From a virus, in the IMG/VR virus record IMGVR_UViG_3300025769_000095, positions 4,902 through 68,901 of that record: a DNA stretch of 64,000 nucleotides. One strand, 5' to 3'. Positions 61,170 through 64,000 of the stretch are shown one piece after another. The notes beneath the pieces are model-generated. The model was not told the DNA's origin and made no database searches. It saw only the letters and a program-made list of their open reading frames with translations. Position numbers and translations under genes: made by a program. Positions within the stretch are counted from its first letter, which is position 1, and the number at the start of each line of letters is the position of its first letter.

Positions 61170-63154
61170 GGAGCTGTAATTGTAGTGCTTGTTTGAATTA
61201 AATTGCCACATATAGAAGTGGCTGTAAGGGTTACCACATTACTTCCAGGGTCTGTATCATAAGCTGCTGTGAATACACCAGTTTCATTTAAAGTATCATA
61301 CACTACACTACTAAGTAAATTAGCTAATGAACCATTTACTAAAACAGTCAATGTATTTGTTTGAATACTTGCATATGAGAAGTTTAGTGTAAATGATGCA
61401 TTAGGATCATTGTCTGTAGGAACTCCTACAATAGTAATATTAGGAGCTGCATTCTTTAAGATAGCAATTTCTTGAACATCACTTACAGCATTACTTGTAG
61501 CTGTTAAAGTAAATGTATATGTGTCATCTGCAACAGAAGTAAAGTCAACAGTACCTAATCCAGTAGCATCAGTTAATGGTACAGTATCTACATTTGTAGA
61601 ACTTTGTACAAACTGATAACTACCAACTACCCCTGTAAAGAATGATTTCAAATTAAATATCTTTCCTTTACAAGTAAGGTCGTATGTAGATGCTACAAGA
61701 TTACCTGCAAACACACAATTAAAAGTAATTGTACCTTCTGCTGTTTCTTGACCTACTGTACTTAATGCTTTGAATCGAAGTGTTTCTGTACTTGATGCTC
61801 CTGATAATGCAGTAAAACTAAATTGTGAACCTGCCTTTATGTAATTCATATCAGCATTGATGCTACTAATTGTAATGCTGTTAGGATCAAAATCTCCTGT
61901 AAAATAAGTAGCTAAATCAATAAAGTCAGAAGCTTCACCAATAACCAAATCAACTGCAAAGTCTGTAACAGAAGCAGGAGTTACAATATTATAATCTACA
62001 TAATCAGTAACTCTTTTTGTAGAAATACCATTATGGTCTTTGGCTACCCAATCAATTGAATCTACCATTGGACTTTCAGGAATACTAGATACAGTATATA
62101 CTAATTGTCTTTCTGCATTTAAAGCTACTGTACCTTGAGTGGGACTTTTTACTACTTGGAAAGTATCCCAATCTATATCTACACTTGGTGAGAATCTACC
62201 TTCTATATTAAATGTATAAGTTGTTCCTGCACCTGCTCCACTTAGTACTCTAATTGTTTGATTACCTTTTGTAGTTAATTCTGTAACTGGCCCTCCACCT
62301 GTTAAGCAAGTAGGTATTGTAACATTGATTGTACCAGATGGAGTTTTAGTAGCTGATGTAATTCTTTCAAAGTAATATTCTAATGTAAGGTCACCAGTAG
62401 ATTGTAATGCTGTAATTAAACCATATGCTACATATCCTCCATTCTGATATATACTTCCATATGACTCAGCAGTTACTAATGGATTGGTACTAATCATAGT
62501 TAATTTATCAGGATCATAATCTCCTGTTAAATCAATCTCAGTTGGATCAAAAAATATAAGTGCGGAAGCATATTCATCTGGACTTGTTGAACAGAGTAAT
62601 GTTAAATCTACATCTGGAATATTGACATCATCATAGATGTAAGTTTTTTCTTTTACAACTGTACAACCTAACTCTTTGTCTGTAAGAGTAAGTTTAACAT
62701 ACAACTTTAATACATCACTCTGAACTGTAGGTACAGTAAATTGTTCTGAAGTTGTTGTATCATATTGAGCTCCAGATTTAAATGTACGTCCTACTCCCCA
62801 TGAGTAAGCATAGTTACCTGAGCCACCAGTAGGATTAGCAGATACTTTTAACAACCCATCCTCAAATACTATTATAAAATCATTGCCAATACTTAGATTA
62901 GATGAGATACAAGGGTTAATAATTGTTACAGGTTGAGAATGGTAACATCCTTTTGTATCTACTACAATCAAATTAATAATAGCATTAACTATTGTAGCTT
63001 CACTTGCATAGTTAATGTTAGTGGTAATAATCTCATCATCCTGAGTAGTTACACCATTCTGATTAGAAAATGTAACACCACTAGTAGCAGTTTCAAAGTA
63101 CCATGATACTCCTGCTTTGTTGATTGTAAATTGTCTGTTATAATCGACTATCAT
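61166..63154 (-). CDS. Ig-like repeat structural protein (tail fibre/spike or decoration)
   Basis: T/S/V-rich beta composition; ANPTGGSGNYAYSW and PTQGTV...LVYT resemble Ig/cadherin-like repeats. Confidence 0.55.
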   Translation of the reverse strand: MIVDYNRQFTINKAGVSWYFETATSGVTFSNQNGVTTQDDEIITTNINYASEATIVNAIINLIVVDTKGCYHSQPVTIINPCISSNLSIGNDFIIVFEDGLLKVSANPTGGSGNYAYSWGVGRTFKSGAQYDTTTSEQFTVPTVQSDVLKLYVKLTLTDKELGCTVVKEKTYIYDDVNIPDVDLTLLCSTSPDEYASALIFFDPTEIDLTGDYDPDKLTMISTNPLVTAESYGSIYQNGGYVAYGLITALQSTGDLTLEYYFERITSATKTPSGTINVTIPTCLTGGGPVTELTTKGNQTIRVLSGAGAGTTYTFNIEGRFSPSVDIDWDTFQVVKSPTQGTVALNAERQLVYTVSSIPESPMVDSIDWVAKDHNGISTKRVTDYVDYNIVTPASVTDFAVDLVIGEASDFIDLATYFTGDFDPNSITISSINADMNYIKAGSQFSFTALSGASSTETLRFKALSTVGQETAEGTITFNCVFAGNLVASTYDLTCKGKIFNLKSFFTGVVGSYQFVQSSTNVDTVPLTDATGLGTVDFTSVADDTYTFTLTATSNAVSDVQEIAILKNAAPNITIVGVPTDNDPNASFTLNFSYASIQTNTLTVLVNGSLANLLSSVVYDTLNETGVFTAAYDTDPGSNVVTLTATSICGNLIQTSTTITAP

Positions 63155-63414
63155 AATATTTCAGTTATAATAATTGTATCAGGAGTAGTTACTACAATCT
63201 CACCTTCATCACTTTCTATTCCACATTCTAAAGTTGTAATCTCTAAGCATTCATCGTCATCACACGGCTTAAAATGAGGAACACCACATAAATGAAACTT
63301 CATGTGTTGCCACAATAATTCTTTATAGTCACACGAACATACTTCAAGACCATAATCCATCTTGTTAAAATATTCAGCAACCTTTCTTACAAGTTCACAA
63401 TTAACAATCGCCAT
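63151..63414 (-). CDS. Small Cys-rich protein, putative tail hub subunit
   Basis: 87 aa with several Cys; YGL..C motif; synteny with the crAss tail module. Confidence 0.4.
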   Translation of the reverse strand: MAIVNCELVRKVAEYFNKMDYGLEVCSCDYKELLWQHMKFHLCGVPHFKPCDDDECLEITTLECGIESDEGEIVVTTPDTIIITEIL

Positions 63415-63838
63415 AAAGCAGTTTCTTTAATCTTGCCCATAAAGAACAAAAATGTTCTGGTGTACAGCTGCATGCAGCTTCATTTAAAATATAAAACCAC
63501 AGATACGCATTCTCATAATCTAGATTTAACACGTCACATGCTAATGCTTTTTTAGCTTCAGCTTCATTTTCACCAGCTTTTCCATTCTTAAAAAACACAT
63601 ATCTTTCCTGAGTAATTTCAGTTCCTTTGTTAATATTTAAAATGAAATCATGAACTCCTTGCTCTAAAGTAATAGCTAAAGTAATAGAATCTACAACAAC
63701 TGTATTTTCTTCTAATTCTACTGTTGTAGTTTCTCCACAATCTAAAGCTCGTGATAATGATACTACATTATAACCTGTCCAATCAACAAGATTATCAGAT
63801 TGTATTGTAACGCTATTTTCATTAAATGTGACTATCAT
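63401..63838 (-). CDS. Putative tail hub protein
   Basis: 145 aa, Cys-containing helical C-terminus ending GDC; overlaps the 87-aa gene. Confidence 0.4.
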   Translation of the reverse strand: MIVTFNENSVTIQSDNLVDWTGYNVVSLSRALDCGETTTVELEENTVVVDSITLAITLEQGVHDFILNINKGTEITQERYVFFKNGKAGENEAEAKKALACDVLNLDYENAYLWFYILNEAACSCTPEHFCSLWARLKKLLYGDC

Positions 63839-63873
63839 AATATATTTATTGTGTATGGTTTTTGTGACACCCT

Positions 63874-63999
63874 TTATCTGCGCCTGCGAAGAATGAATCT
63901 GCCCTTACTACCATCGCCTACCCAAAGATCTCCACGAACTTTGAATATCTCAATCTTCTCATTTCCATTCTGACGGTCAATCACAACCGACCAGGTCGA
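63874..63999 (-). CDS. C-terminal fragment of a gene cut by the window edge
   Basis: Open frame STWSVVIDRQNGNEKIEIFKVRGDLWVGDGSKGRFILRRRR*. Confidence 0.5.
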   Translation of the reverse strand, partial: STWSVVIDRQNGNEKIEIFKVRGDLWVGDGSKGRFILRRRR

Positions 64000-64000
64000 T

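Noticed and set aside
1-64000. Stop-codon reassignment (TAG or TGA), known in some crAss-like phages
   Set aside because: Very long ORFs are intact in the standard code, and TAG and TGA both end genes at tight junctions (e.g. 1914, 2893, 19251, 30485); no suppressor tRNA was seen
1-64000. CRISPR array or Cas system suggested by Cas4-like nucleases
   Set aside because: No repeat-spacer array; intergenic gaps are tiny; stand-alone PD-(D/E)xK nucleases are common in phages
1-64000. Diversity-generating retroelement
   Set aside because: No reverse transcriptase and no template/variable repeat pair was seen in this window

Overview
AT-rich, densely coded fragment of a crAss-like phage genome (Crassvirales-like, probably a Bacteroidetes host), read in the standard genetic code. 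1-17970 (+) is an early replication, repair and nucleotide-metabolism block: SF2 helicase, DnaB-like helicase, rearranged Sak4-like ATPase, two SSB-like genes, primase, UDG-like protein, rIIA/rIIB, PD-(D/E)xK nucleases, MazG-like NTP pyrophosphatase, spore-photoproduct-lyase-like radical SAM enzyme and ThyX. 17984-64000 (-) is a convergent late/virion block: tail hub, ring and muzzle proteins, ejected cargo proteins, a 6057-aa virion RNA polymerase polyprotein (DFDID) with zincins, an SF1 helicase and a PD-(D/E)xK nuclease, a multi-domain peptidoglycan hydrolase, a phosphoesterase and a dCMP deaminase. The most notable hidden element is a tRNA-Leu(UAA) gene (18499-19251, -) split in its anticodon (U^AA) by a 667-nt IC3-type group I intron. 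The intron carries an HNH homing endonuclease on an insert bounded by a 6-bp direct repeat, and the ORF runs on into the ribozyme core. All calls come from motif recognition by eye; no searches were run.
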